The translations under genes were made by a program, and so were the position numbers. Below the pieces are notes generated by a model, which was not told the DNA's origin, made no database searches, and was given only the letters and a program-made list of their open reading frames with translations. Below, one piece after another: positions 1 through 9,902 of a DNA stretch of 64,000 bases (positions are counted from its first letter, which is position 1; the number at the start of each line of letters is the position of its first letter). Origin of the DNA: an uncultured Caldisericota bacterium (lineage in GTDB: Bacteria > Caldisericota > Caldisericia > UBA6126); assembly GCA_964493625.1 (NCBI GenBank), contig CAZBOU010000003.1:42677-106676 (forward strand), in the 5' to 3' direction.

Positions 1-144
1 CTTAATTGACATGCTTGATTTTGTTAACTTATTCCAGAATAATGGCAATAGCACTATAGATTTTTCACCTGAAATCATTTTCAATTTGTTCATTTTATCT
101 CTCCAAGACGTGATAGTTGTTAAAAGCTTTAATGCATTGTTCCT

Positions 145-414
145 TCAGAATGAATTTTTGTTGAAAATCCATGGTTCAACTTTTTCCTTGAAGATTTTTA
201 AACCCGTCGAATTCCACGGGTTTAAATCAGGATTGTTCAATTGTTCCCATATGCCCAAAAATTTAATAGTGTTGCGATTACGGAGCCAATTACGTATAAG
301 ATCATTTGTGTGGTCGGGATTTTTGTACTTTGCTATATCCGTAATACAGATATAGTCATCTTTGTCTTGTTCATAAATTGTTACATCTCGGTTCAATACA
401 TTTATCTTTGGCAT
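145..414 (-). CDS. KilA-N domain protein. It is only 89 aa and is likely a truncated remnant.
   Basis: The ORF translation contains IRNWLRNRNTIKFLGIWEQLNNPDLNP, typical of the KilA-N / DinD-like N-terminal domain of phage antirepressor-type proteins. Full-length family members are about 250 aa. Here a stop follows the domain. Confidence 0.5.
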   Translation of the reverse strand: MPKINVLNRDVTIYEQDKDDYICITDIAKYKNPDHTNDLIRNWLRNRNTIKFLGIWEQLNNPDLNPWNSTGLKIFKEKVEPWIFNKNSF

Positions 415-787
415 TTTAACTCCTTCAATTGGTCTTTCTATCCCAGGAGACTTTTGTTGAATTGGAACTGTCTTTTTTCTTTATTTTTTTTGGAATATTC
501 GCCTTGATATCGTTCCCAACTTTGTTTGTTTTGTTGTTAAATGTTTGTATCATGCACTTTTATAGTTAACCACCCATTCAATTTTTCTATAGCGTGACGT
601 CGCCTAAAACAATATTATGGTATGTTTTGAGGAAAAAAAAACAAGAATCATCATACAATACAAGTATTCTCTATCAAAATTTCGTATTTTCTTTGAATGA
701 GAATACCTGATTTATTTGGTCTAAAAACATTCAAAAATGAAGAAAGCAGTGGTATAATAGATTTGGAAAAAGCCTTTTTTTTTAAAC

Positions 788-822
788 ACAAAGGGGTTTA
801 GTTTGTTACTAAACCCCTTTGT
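788..822. terminator. Perfect 15-bp stem, 5-nt loop hairpin in a T/A-flanked context. It is a probable intrinsic terminator and could act in either direction.
   Basis: The stem ACAAAGGGGTTTAGT pairs with ACTAAACCCCTTTGT, read directly from the sequence, with a T9 run just upstream. It lies about 80 nt downstream of the stop of the minus-strand gene ending at 901. Confidence 0.5.
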
Positions 823-900
823 TAAAGTTATGACTTTTCTTATCCAATTTCTAAGAACTATTTACACTTATTAATATAAAATGTCATGGGATGGAAATTT

Positions 901-2001
901 TTATGGATTGCCAGTGTCCAAGTCCCAAGTATCGATATGCTTCCCGTTCTTGTCAACAACTCGTAAATGTCGGTAACAAGATGCAGTTGCACATGCATGA
1001 TTTGGTACGATATGAAGGATATCTCCCGGTTTTATCTTGGATTGCATTGGTATGCGAACCCAACCTACTTCCTCTGATAAAGAGTACAAATCGGCATCCT
1101 GTTCTTCTACAACCAATCCAAAAGATTGAAGCGTTTGCGTACCGTGCGCACCTTTATCCAAACTGAGCTGCTTACTTCCAGCATCTATTATGATGCGATC
1201 ACTACTGGGCCGGCTTAATACACTGGTTCGTACTCGCAGGGCACATTGATTTACCGATGCAACGCCTAGGAAAATTTGCGTTCGATCCAAAAATACATAA
1301 TTTCCAGGACGTATTTCTGTAATCCCCTCAAAGCTTTGTGATGCTAAAATAGTGGGAGTTGAACCGATGGCAGAGGTATGGAAAGATGGCATTGGACCGA
1401 ATACATTTTGAGCGACGCGAATAGCGTGCTGTTCATCCTTGGCAATTTGGCCAACTTCTTGTGTGTTAGTAGCAGAGTAGACGTGACCGGCATGCGTGGA
1501 AAAACCATCAAATTGAAGGGTCGAAGTTGTATCTATTTCATTCATGAGTGCTCGAATGGAGGATGTATGAGTAGGTAAAATACCAAGTCGATGCAATCCA
1601 GAATCTATTTTAATCAGGATTTTGGCTTTATGTGAATTGGAAAAACACTCTTTTAAATATTTGATATGGTCAATGTGGTCTATGGTAAAAGTTAATTCGA
1701 CCTGGTATATCAGTTCCCGAAAATAAGGAAAAAGTGAAGTTTGTACTTGCGGATACGCAAATGTAATATCCTTGCAACCAGCAGTTTTGGCTACATCAGC
1801 TTCTTTGGTATTGCTTACAAGTACCCCTTTGGCCCCGGCCTTCAATTGCATTTGTATGATTTGAGCACACTTGTGTGTCTTTACCATTGGCCGGTTCGAA
1901 ATCTTATGATCGTTTGCAAGTCTTTGCATCTGTTGAATATTGTGTTTAAGCTTCTCGTATTCACATATTAGTAAAGGTGTAGTATACATTTGGCTCCTCA
2001 C
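901..2001 (-). CDS. PLP-dependent enzyme of the D-TA family. It has an alanine-racemase N-terminal-like fold and resembles D-serine deaminase / D-threonine aldolase.
   Basis: The protein is 366 aa. The N-terminal segment RPMVKTHKCAQIIQMQLKAGAKGVLVSNTKEA matches the PLP-lysine region of alanine racemase N-domain / D-TA family enzymes. Confidence 0.7.
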   Translation of the reverse strand: MRSQMYTTPLLICEYEKLKHNIQQMQRLANDHKISNRPMVKTHKCAQIIQMQLKAGAKGVLVSNTKEADVAKTAGCKDITFAYPQVQTSLFPYFRELIYQVELTFTIDHIDHIKYLKECFSNSHKAKILIKIDSGLHRLGILPTHTSSIRALMNEIDTTSTLQFDGFSTHAGHVYSATNTQEVGQIAKDEQHAIRVAQNVFGPMPSFHTSAIGSTPTILASQSFEGITEIRPGNYVFLDRTQIFLGVASVNQCALRVRTSVLSRPSSDRIIIDAGSKQLSLDKGAHGTQTLQSFGLVVEEQDADLYSLSEEVGWVRIPMQSKIKPGDILHIVPNHACATASCYRHLRVVDKNGKHIDTWDLDTGNP

Positions 2002-2006
2002 AGTCT

Positions 2007-2684
2007 TTAAAACTTGCTAACATAGGGACTACCTTGGATATAAAATCGCCAAGGATACTCTTTTGCATCTTTGGCATAATCAATGCCAATTCTAGACTTT
2101 TGTACAATTATGATTGTTTTGGCATACAATGGTTGCGCAACATAAACAGCCCCTTGTAAAAGGTTACATCCATTGTGTACCGTACTTAAGCCCATTGCTT
2201 GAGAAAGTTTACCAGGTCCATTGCAAAGCTGAGTCAAATTTAACCTATCGTATTTAGTTTTGCTATTTTGTAAGCGTCTGTTTATCATGATATCAAGTCC
2301 TTCAATAGGTTGGATAGCACGAAGCAACACAGCTTCAGGCTCATTTATATTCCTTGTGACGATGTTTACACAAAAATACAAACCGTATATCATATATACA
2401 TACAAAGTTCCGCCAATTCTGTACATCGTTTCGGTTCGTTTGGTTCTGCGGTTGTTATAGGAGTGACATGCTTTATCATGTATTCCACAATAAGCTTCTG
2501 TCTCTGTAATAATCCCTGCACATTTTCCTTCCGGTGATTCATGCACAAAAATTTTTCCCAATAAGTTTGTAGCAACAGCAATTGTATCGTTTCGATAAAA
2601 ATCCGGGTCTGTTATTTTTTTGTACGTCATGAAAACTATTATAGGAGAACATTGGAAAGAAAAAACCTGATTGTAAAAAGCCAA
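2007..2684 (-). CDS. mpg: DNA-3-methyladenine glycosylase (MPG/AAG family)
   Basis: The protein is 225 aa. It carries motifs LLGKIF, GIITETEAY and NNRRTKRTETMY plus LYVYMIYGLYFCVNIV, characteristic of MPG-family 3-methyladenine glycosylases. Confidence 0.85.
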   Translation of the reverse strand: MAFYNQVFSFQCSPIIVFMTYKKITDPDFYRNDTIAVATNLLGKIFVHESPEGKCAGIITETEAYCGIHDKACHSYNNRRTKRTETMYRIGGTLYVYMIYGLYFCVNIVTRNINEPEAVLLRAIQPIEGLDIMINRRLQNSKTKYDRLNLTQLCNGPGKLSQAMGLSTVHNGCNLLQGAVYVAQPLYAKTIIIVQKSRIGIDYAKDAKEYPWRFYIQGSPYVSKF

Positions 2685-2793
2685 CTTTCACAAATTTGTT
2701 ACTTTTATCTTTCTTGTTCGTTTATAATAGTACTTGTAAGAGTCTATTTTGTTTCTAAGGATTGAAAGTTTGAAGTTCTGAAAGGGGAACCTA

Positions 2794-5700
2794 ATGAATT
2801 TTTTGAAAGGTTTTGTGTTTTTTCTTTGTATTTTTCTTACATGCTCATTAACAATTTCACCTACTTTCTCTGTCAAAATGAATAAACCTGTGACAATGGT
2901 CAGCGGTACTATGCAGGATTCTGAAACAGTTACCTTTGGGACCTTTGGGAAGCCGATTGCAATTGCACAATACGATCAGGAAATTTTTGTACTTGACGAA
3001 GAGTATCAAACTATACAAATATTCCAAGACGATCTTCAACTCATTGAAACACTGTCTATTCTTGAGGAAACGGAATTATCTGTCGAAACACCTCGGGATA
3101 TTGTAGTTTTAAACAACCGTATTTTTATTCTTGATATCGATCAGCACAGCATTTTTGTACTGAACAGAAGCGGTGAATATCTGTACACCATTGGAGAGTA
3201 TGGTACCGACCTCGGTCAATTCGTATTTCCTCAAGCTATCTGTAGTTTCGACGATAAACTGGTTGTTGCTGATGCAGGTAATGCAAGAGTGCAAATACTG
3301 GACTTGCTTGGCAATCCTATTTTTTCGTTTGGGAAAAAAGGAACTTCTGATGAGGATTTTCTCCTTATCAAGGGCATTTATGCTGCGCGCGATACGATAT
3401 ATATCTCTGATGCTGGCAATCATAAAATTGTAGTCTTCTCTCAAGATGGACAATTCATTGAATCCTATGGGGAAAAAGGACATGAACGAGGAAAACTACT
3501 TCACCCTCAAGGTCTTGCTGTCGATGCTCTTGGAAACATCATGGTAGCGGATACGGGCAACGATAGAATTCAAAAATTCAACGTTTTTACTTTGCAGTGC
3601 TCTGTATATAAAGGTATTGTTTTAGGCAATATTACAACCTTTGATAAAGATCAAACCAAGGAACAGGCATCAAAAGGACTATCGCATCCGAGTGATGTCG
3701 TACTCTGCGGAGATGCTTTTTTTGTGGCAGATACTGCCAATCAAGAGTGTAAGAAAATTCCTGTTCAATCTTTGTTTCATAAAGACACAATACTAGTTTC
3801 GCAAAATGTGTTAGATTTTGGATCCATTGGACCCCATGAAAAATGTACTCATACTCTTTCAGTACGGGATATTTGGCGTCCTACATTCGAGGGAATTGTT
3901 GAGTTCAATAAAGATTTTGTTGATGTTGACCCTGTTCATCTTCAATCTTTTTCCAATGAAGTTCGAATCACTGTAGATGGAAACAATTTGGAACAAGGGA
4001 AAGTCTATATGGAGACTCTATCGATATCATGTATGGACGATGAAACCATAAGTATCCCTTTGGTTTTTCGTGCTAGTGGTGATGAAGATTTTTTTGTCGA
4101 ACCTACGGGTATCCGCTGTATAGAAACGGAACGGTGGAATGAAATCCCAGTGCAGATACACCCACTAAATGGCTTTGAAGGAAAAGTTTCTTTTTCTGCA
4201 GATACCGTACTAGATTTTGTTAAAATCCGATTTGAACCACCAAGTATCGATGTAACAAAGAATTCTCATACGATTGCCTTTGTTACATCCCTCAAACCTC
4301 TTCCTGAAAATACAATGATTCCAGTCCAAATAGACTGTAAGGGGTCAAATGGAAGATCCCATTCAGCCCAAATTTCTTTGATGGTTCGAAATGCAAAGTA
4401 CTCAACTCCTACCACAGTTTTAGGAGAACTGTTTACAGCTACATGGTGTTTGGGATGTATCTATTCTCATACTTCACTGATGCGCATTATGAACCTACTT
4501 GGGCCCGATTATGCGTCGTTTGTTTCTTATTACGTTGATTCCACAAGTGATCATCCTGTTCCACGTTTATCATGGATAGAAAGCGAACAGCGAATGAAAT
4601 GGTACATGTCAGACAAAGGTCTACCTACCATTTTCTTTGGTGGGACTGATTATTTAAAAGGGGTTTCAACCGATAACAACACCCCTGAAGCAAAAAAAGA
4701 ACGGATGTACAAAGACTATATTAAAAAAGTCTTTGAAAAAACTTTCATGCCGTCTCCCCTTCGAATCCAATCGAAACTACTATTCGATAGTGAAAAGCGT
4801 GTTGGGAAAATACATGCTTCTGTGCAGGCTTTTGAAAATCTTCCGTTTAAAGATCCAAGACTCCAAATTGCATTCATTGAGAGTAATATCCAATACAATG
4901 CCGTGAATGGTGATAAAAACCATCATTTTGTTTTACGTGATTTTATGACAAACACGAATGATGATAAAAATGACTCTTTGGGTACACCCATGATACTTCT
5001 TTCGGGAGAAACATTTGGGAAAAAGGGAGATACTTTCAACCTCGAAGTCGATTTTTCACTTTTGGATATCTACAATCCCGACAACCTTTCCATAGTCATG
5101 TTTGTACAAGACAATAGTACCAAAAAAGTACTGCAGTCTGTTTCTTATCCTTTAAAAATACAAGAATATCTTTCCTTTGATATCGCTTCTAATGGCTCTT
5201 TGGTTCAATCAAACACAAAAGGTGAAACCGGAAGTATAGACTTTGACTTGATAAATAGCGGGAATATGCAAGATGAATTTACGATTTCCGTCACCAATGA
5301 ATCTAGTGATCTCTGGGACTATACAGTACACATTAACGGTGTTGAAAAAACTGGATCTACCATATTTCTAAACCCCTATGATAGAGCTACTGTTACAATT
5401 GATTATACCGTTCCTGCACAAGCATCCACACATGATAGTCAAGAATTCTTCATACAGGTTAAAAGCCTGAACACCTCCCATACGAAAGAATTTACCAGCT
5501 CGATTGGAGTAAAAGAAACTCTTCCTCCGGGATTCCGTCTTGAAGTTGAAGAACCAGCAGATCTGGATATTATGGCTGGGGATGAGGGCACTATCGATAT
5601 TCGCGTTACTCCCGATCCTTACCTTGAAGACAATGTAGAGCTTACCTTGCTGAATACTCCTCAGGAACTTGCTTCCTATCAGTTTACTCCTCCTTCTGGC

Positions 5701-6723
5701 CCTGCACCCCTAGAATCTGTCCTTACCTATGCTTTTGCCGATACCACTGCAGAAAAAGAATTTGATTTGGTGATTCAAGCCAAAGCAGGAACTATTATTA
5801 AAACGGCTATTGTCACCATTCATGTTCTTCGCAACCCTGATGCTACACCTCCTGAATTGTATATTTCGTTCCCTTCTAACAATCTACTCACCAACAATCC
5901 AAATTTAACCATTAAAGGTATGACCGACGCAACGGCTTCGCTTACTATTAACGATGCTCCCATAGAGGTTTCCAATAACGGCTCCTTTGAACATCGAGTT
6001 GTACTTACAGAAGGAAACAATGCTTTTGATGTTGTTGCCAAGAACCGTAAAGGTCAAACCACAGAGAAAATTCTTACTGTTCAGCTGGATGTTACTCCAC
6101 CCGTTCTCACCATTGAAACCGAAATTCCTAAAGAAACAACGAAGCGAGAAATTACCGTTGTAGGTAGAACCGAACCTAATTGCGTTGTAACCATTGGTGA
6201 ACAAGACATCCTTTTAGAGGAAGATGGTCGTTTCACTTCTACAGTCAAACTAGTACATGGTTGGAATAGCATTATTGTGACTTCGGTGGATAAAGCATCC
6301 AACAAGACTACCCTGGAATATGGCATTACAGTCATGAACAAAATTGTATTGCAGATTGGAAATCTAAAAGCATCTGTCAATGATAAAGAAATGATTTTGG
6401 ACGCTCCACCCTATATCAAAAATGGTCGCACCATGGTTCCCTTTCGCTTCATTTCAGAATCCTTTGGAGCTCATGTTGACTATGATGCTGTTGAAAGATC
6501 AATAACGCTATATACAGATGACGTCTCAATATGGATCCAAATTGGCAATCCTGAAGCTTTTATTGAATATGAAGGAGTTAAGGGACGAGAGAAAGTAACC
6601 CTAGAGGCACCACCTGAAATTGTAAACAACAGAACTTTTGTGCCTTTGCGTTTTATAGGAGAAGCTTTTGGTGCTTCTATTGATTGGAACGGAGAGAGAA
6701 GAGAAATTACGATTACCAATTAA
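2794..6723 (+). CDS. Large secreted or cell-surface protein. Domain order: signal peptide, NHL-repeat beta-propeller, Ig-like/CARDB-like middle region carrying a thioredoxin-like WCxxC segment, and two C-terminal copper-amine-oxidase N-terminal (CuAO_N) stalk domains.
   Basis: The N-terminus is hydrophobic (FLKGFVFFLCIFLTCSLTISPTFS). Repeated YxxxD...G....P.G.A motifs of NHL repeats occur (for example LVVADAGNARVQILD, IYISDAGNHKIVVF, IMVADTGNDRIQKF). The motif TATWCLGC sits around aa 545. The C-terminus has two copies of the PPYIKNGRTMVPFRFI / PPEIVNNRTFVPLRFIGEAFGA motif typical of Pfam Cu_amine_oxidN1. There is an RBS-like GGGGAAC upstream of the ATG. Confidence 0.8.
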   Translation: MNFLKGFVFFLCIFLTCSLTISPTFSVKMNKPVTMVSGTMQDSETVTFGTFGKPIAIAQYDQEIFVLDEEYQTIQIFQDDLQLIETLSILEETELSVETPRDIVVLNNRIFILDIDQHSIFVLNRSGEYLYTIGEYGTDLGQFVFPQAICSFDDKLVVADAGNARVQILDLLGNPIFSFGKKGTSDEDFLLIKGIYAARDTIYISDAGNHKIVVFSQDGQFIESYGEKGHERGKLLHPQGLAVDALGNIMVADTGNDRIQKFNVFTLQCSVYKGIVLGNITTFDKDQTKEQASKGLSHPSDVVLCGDAFFVADTANQECKKIPVQSLFHKDTILVSQNVLDFGSIGPHEKCTHTLSVRDIWRPTFEGIVEFNKDFVDVDPVHLQSFSNEVRITVDGNNLEQGKVYMETLSISCMDDETISIPLVFRASGDEDFFVEPTGIRCIETERWNEIPVQIHPLNGFEGKVSFSADTVLDFVKIRFEPPSIDVTKNSHTIAFVTSLKPLPENTMIPVQIDCKGSNGRSHSAQISLMVRNAKYSTPTTVLGELFTATWCLGCIYSHTSLMRIMNLLGPDYASFVSYYVDSTSDHPVPRLSWIESEQRMKWYMSDKGLPTIFFGGTDYLKGVSTDNNTPEAKKERMYKDYIKKVFEKTFMPSPLRIQSKLLFDSEKRVGKIHASVQAFENLPFKDPRLQIAFIESNIQYNAVNGDKNHHFVLRDFMTNTNDDKNDSLGTPMILLSGETFGKKGDTFNLEVDFSLLDIYNPDNLSIVMFVQDNSTKKVLQSVSYPLKIQEYLSFDIASNGSLVQSNTKGETGSIDFDLINSGNMQDEFTISVTNESSDLWDYTVHINGVEKTGSTIFLNPYDRATVTIDYTVPAQASTHDSQEFFIQVKSLNTSHTKEFTSSIGVKETLPPGFRLEVEEPADLDIMAGDEGTIDIRVTPDPYLEDNVELTLLNTPQELASYQFTPPSGPAPLESVLTYAFADTTAEKEFDLVIQAKAGTIIKTAIVTIHVLRNPDATPPELYISFPSNNLLTNNPNLTIKGMTDATASLTINDAPIEVSNNGSFEHRVVLTEGNNAFDVVAKNRKGQTTEKILTVQLDVTPPVLTIETEIPKETTKREITVVGRTEPNCVVTIGEQDILLEEDGRFTSTVKLVHGWNSIIVTSVDKASNKTTLEYGITVMNKIVLQIGNLKASVNDKEMILDAPPYIKNGRTMVPFRFISESFGAHVDYDAVERSITLYTDDVSIWIQIGNPEAFIEYEGVKGREKVTLEAPPEIVNNRTFVPLRFIGEAFGASIDWNGERREITITN

Positions 6724-6759
6724 AAAATTAGATTTTACCTACGATGAAAGCAGTGAAAA

Positions 6760-7275
6760 CTATTTCACTTCTGTAATCTTCTGAAAGATTTCATCAGAAA
6801 TAGTGTGAGGTTCAAGGGTTTCATCTGGGTATCCAATGCTAATAATGGCTTCTATTCGTTTATTATGATCAATGGATAACATGTTCTTGATATAGTCTTC
6901 GGCGCTTTCTTGCTTTGTATGTTGGCGATCTCTAATTTGGACCCAACATGAGCCTAAATCAAGGTACTCTGCTGACAATTGAAGGATGGTGGCAGCAATG
7001 GAACAATCTTCAATCCAAGGTTCTGCGAGATCTGGAAGTCCTACAATAACAACTACCAATGCTGCTCCAGATACAAAATCGGATCCTTGCGGTTTGGAAT
7101 TTGCAAGCAATTGAATTGTTTCGGAATTTGTCACAAATACAAACTCCCAAGGTTTACGATTGCGTGAGGAAGGAGAAAGAAGAACTGATTTCTTCAAAGT
7201 GAGAATCTTTTCTTCTTCAATTGGCTTGTGTAGATATTTACGAATACTTCTTCGTTGATACAACAGTTCTAACAT
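6760..7275 (-). CDS. Nitroreductase family protein
   Basis: The protein is 171 aa. Its N-terminus LYQRRSIRKY and overall length fit the NAD(P)H nitroreductase fold. Confidence 0.7.
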   Translation of the reverse strand: MLELLYQRRSIRKYLHKPIEEEKILTLKKSVLLSPSSRNRKPWEFVFVTNSETIQLLANSKPQGSDFVSGAALVVVIVGLPDLAEPWIEDCSIAATILQLSAEYLDLGSCWVQIRDRQHTKQESAEDYIKNMLSIDHNKRIEAIISIGYPDETLEPHTISDEIFQKITEVK

Positions 7276-7305
7276 GGTTATACCTTCTTTCTGTTTGCCA
7301 TGAAT

Positions 7306-7710
7306 TTAATCATCATCATGGTCCAATCGTGGTTTTCTGCGATACTTTTTAATGACCGAACGATGCTTCTTTACAACAACGCGTTTTACTTTAGATGCAT
7401 ATGTTGGCTTTGTAGGTATTCTTTCTGGATCTTCTTTTAAAGCGGCCTCTACCATTTCGTGGAGTTTCTTGATTGCACGTTTTCGGTTTTCTTGTTGACT
7501 TCGAGTTTCTTGATTTGTTACTTGGAGCTCTATTTTGTTAAAAACTTCGATAATCTTTTCTTTCTCATCTTCTGAAAGTACACTGGATTCTTGCACATTC
7601 CAAGAAATCGTGACCTTCGTATTCGTCTTATTGACGTTTTGCCCGCCAGGTCCAGAGGAATGAGAAAACGTAAACTGAATTTCTTCTTCGGGTATTACTA
7701 TCATGCGCAA
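7306..7710 (-). CDS. arfB: Alternative ribosome-rescue factor ArfB (peptidyl-tRNA hydrolase, YaeJ family)
   Basis: The protein is 134 aa. It has the GGQ motif (SGPGGQNVNKTNTKV) followed by a lysine/arginine-rich C-terminal tail, the same architecture as E. coli YaeJ/ArfB. Confidence 0.85.
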   Translation of the reverse strand: MRMIVIPEEEIQFTFSHSSGPGGQNVNKTNTKVTISWNVQESSVLSEDEKEKIIEVFNKIELQVTNQETRSQQENRKRAIKKLHEMVEAALKEDPERIPTKPTYASKVKRVVVKKHRSVIKKYRRKPRLDHDDD

Positions 7711-8214
7711 TAACTCCTACAATAAAAACTTACTTTCATTACCATTGTACATGGATTTGGTAATTTAAAAAGTCTTCTTTTGCTATCCAAAGTTGCCATC
7801 TGGCAATTGTTATTTCATACAAAACTGAAATGAATAACCAATTGTTTGTCTTAGAGGGATTATGGAGCATATTTTATCAAAGTGTAAAAAATGTTGTTAG
7901 AAAATGGTTTTTTATGACACATTGAATTGTAGATGTAGGGTTATCTCATAAAAAGAGACTTTTAAAAACATCACGAAACTTTAATGTCTGTTATTCATTC
8001 TTAACGGACATTGTCAAGATACATAATATTATCGAAAAAAACCAGTGCAATTTTAGGCTGTTTTTTTGCATTTACTTGATCCAGGTTACTATATGATATC
8101 ATTTAAGGTAACACTGAAATAATTAGGCCCAATTTTGCGAGAACTGGAAAAATGAAAATGACTCTTTAGGACACAATCTCCAAAAAACAAATCTGTGGAA
8201 TCAAAGTAAAAAAG

Positions 8215-9198
8215 TTATTGTTTTGGAAATTTTCGACTATAGAAAAATTTTTCATTGTATTCATTTTTTACAAGAAGCTTTTTTTCCAACAAATCTTCAA
8301 TTGTTTTATAAGAGCTACCAGATTTTTGTAGAAATTCTAGAATGGCGTCTTCTCTCATTGGATGAACAGCGGTAATGCTCAAAATGTCATCGGCAGCGTC
8401 CCCGGAAAAGGCAAACTCATTTCCTTCATAGCCAATCAAATACTCAGCTCGTATATCTTTGGAAGAAAAGATCTGGTAGATACGATTGAGCGACCATTCA
8501 TCAGGTAATTTTACAGAAGAATCAGCAGGAGGACGTGTAGGGATGCTGATGTAAGAAAAAGCGGGTTGAATCTTGCTAAAGAAGGATGCTGTTTCACAGG
8601 CGTTTTCTTCGTCATCATTACAGTCTTTTACAACCATTGTTTCGGTGACTAGTATTCCTTCGAACATCGCTGCAAATTCAGAAATACCTTCAAGTATGGA
8701 TGGCAGGGAAAGACTTCGATGGGGATGATCTATTTTTTTCCATGTATCTTCTAGCACAGAATCTACCTTTACAGAGACCCAATCAGCTTCAAACAATTCA
8801 TTTCTTACATCTAGCTGGCCCATTAAACTGGAGTTTGTTATGACAGCGATGGGAAGTTCGAATTTCTTAAGAAGTGAAATCGTAGCACCAAGGTTGCTGT
8901 CTAGAGTGGGTTCACCATCAGGTACAAAGCTTATATAGTCGATTTTTTCGCCTTTGTTGTGCAATGCCTTTAGCTTGTTTTCAACTTCAGCTACAATTTT
9001 CTTCGGATCGTAAAAAACGCTTCGATCTGTTGACATCGTAACAGATTTACCCAATTGACAATAGCAACAAGAATAACTGCATGTTTTAAAGGGTATGTTG
9101 TTCACCCCTAAACTTTTTCCCAAACGTCTTGATGGTACTGGTCCGTAAACTAACATCGGATACCTCAGTTCTTGTTTGCAAAATGTTCCAAACTTCAT
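8215..9198 (-). CDS. Radical SAM domain protein (COG0731-like Fe-S oxidoreductase family)
   Basis: The protein is 327 aa. The N-terminus YGPVPSRRLGKSLGVNNIPFKTCSYSCCYCQLG carries the CxxxCxxC radical-SAM cluster motif. Confidence 0.65.
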   Translation of the reverse strand: MKFGTFCKQELRYPMLVYGPVPSRRLGKSLGVNNIPFKTCSYSCCYCQLGKSVTMSTDRSVFYDPKKIVAEVENKLKALHNKGEKIDYISFVPDGEPTLDSNLGATISLLKKFELPIAVITNSSLMGQLDVRNELFEADWVSVKVDSVLEDTWKKIDHPHRSLSLPSILEGISEFAAMFEGILVTETMVVKDCNDDEENACETASFFSKIQPAFSYISIPTRPPADSSVKLPDEWSLNRIYQIFSSKDIRAEYLIGYEGNEFAFSGDAADDILSITAVHPMREDAILEFLQKSGSSYKTIEDLLEKKLLVKNEYNEKFFYSRKFPKQ

Positions 9199-9246
9199 TA
9201 AATAGATGGTAGTTATTATACTGTTTAAAATTGTGCTTAGAAACCA

Positions 9247-9849
9247 TTGAAGCTCTTGAAAGGTACCAATATGAAGAATATGATTGATACAATATCATGG
9301 GATCAGGATGTCACCATCTATAATAAGGTGGTTCTTAAACAACTGGGACTAGCCTTTGGAATACCTTTTGGTCTGATATTTATATTCCTTGTCATTCAAT
9401 ATATTTCTGACATGAGCAAAGGACGAATTGTTAGCTTTGATGGGTGGCAATATGCACTATTGCTAATTGGGCTTTGGATTGCTCTTACCGCTTTGTTCTT
9501 ATTTGTAGTCTACCGCAATCGTTTTAGGATGCATTACGAAATAAATGACGATGGAATATTTATGGGCTTTGCTGCCACCAGTGCCAAAAAAAACAAACTG
9601 GTGAATATAGCAACCATGATAGCGGGGGGGATGGCAGGTAAACCATCTGTTGCAGGTGCTGGCTTATTGGCTCAAAGTCGACAATCTGTTTTTCTTCGAT
9701 GGTCACAATGCAAAAAATACAAACTGCATCCAAAAAAGAACCGTATCACCATCTACAACAAGTTCATTGAGTTTATGATTCTAGAGTGTACTCCAGAAAA
9801 CTATCCACTTGTACGCGAGGTGATTTCCAAAAAGCTTCCAAAGTACTAA
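9247..9849 (+). CDS. Hypothetical membrane protein with two predicted TM helices
   Basis: The protein is 200 aa. It has hydrophobic segments LGLAFGIPFGLIFIFLVIQ and ALLLIGLWIALTALFLFVV. No recognisable catalytic motif was found. Confidence 0.4.
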   Translation: MKLLKGTNMKNMIDTISWDQDVTIYNKVVLKQLGLAFGIPFGLIFIFLVIQYISDMSKGRIVSFDGWQYALLLIGLWIALTALFLFVVYRNRFRMHYEINDDGIFMGFAATSAKKNKLVNIATMIAGGMAGKPSVAGAGLLAQSRQSVFLRWSQCKKYKLHPKKNRITIYNKFIEFMILECTPENYPLVREVISKKLPKY

Positions 9850-9902
9850 TTCAATTTCTTTTCTTTCTATTGGTACATGGTACTCTTGTTATAGTCCGGC
9901 TT

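Noticed and set aside
11-507. Plus-strand ORFs at 11-355 and 241-507 overlapping the KilA-N gene
   Set aside because: They overlap a minus-strand ORF that has a recognisable domain. Their translations are low-complexity with no motifs. They are most likely antisense artefacts.
3109-6719. Several ORFs of 60-124 aa antisense to the 1309-aa NHL protein (for example 3109-3483, 5905-6204, 6081-6380)
   Set aside because: They lie entirely within a well-supported long coding sequence on the opposite strand and have no RBS or motifs. They are typical shadow ORFs.
8215-9198. Whether the COG0731-type radical SAM protein belongs to the heme (Ahb) or hydrogenase maturation systems
   Set aside because: It lies 7 kb and 34 kb from those clusters and is separated from them by unrelated genes. 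Its sequence signature (YGPVPSRRLG...) differs from the NirJ/AhbCD and HydE/G families.
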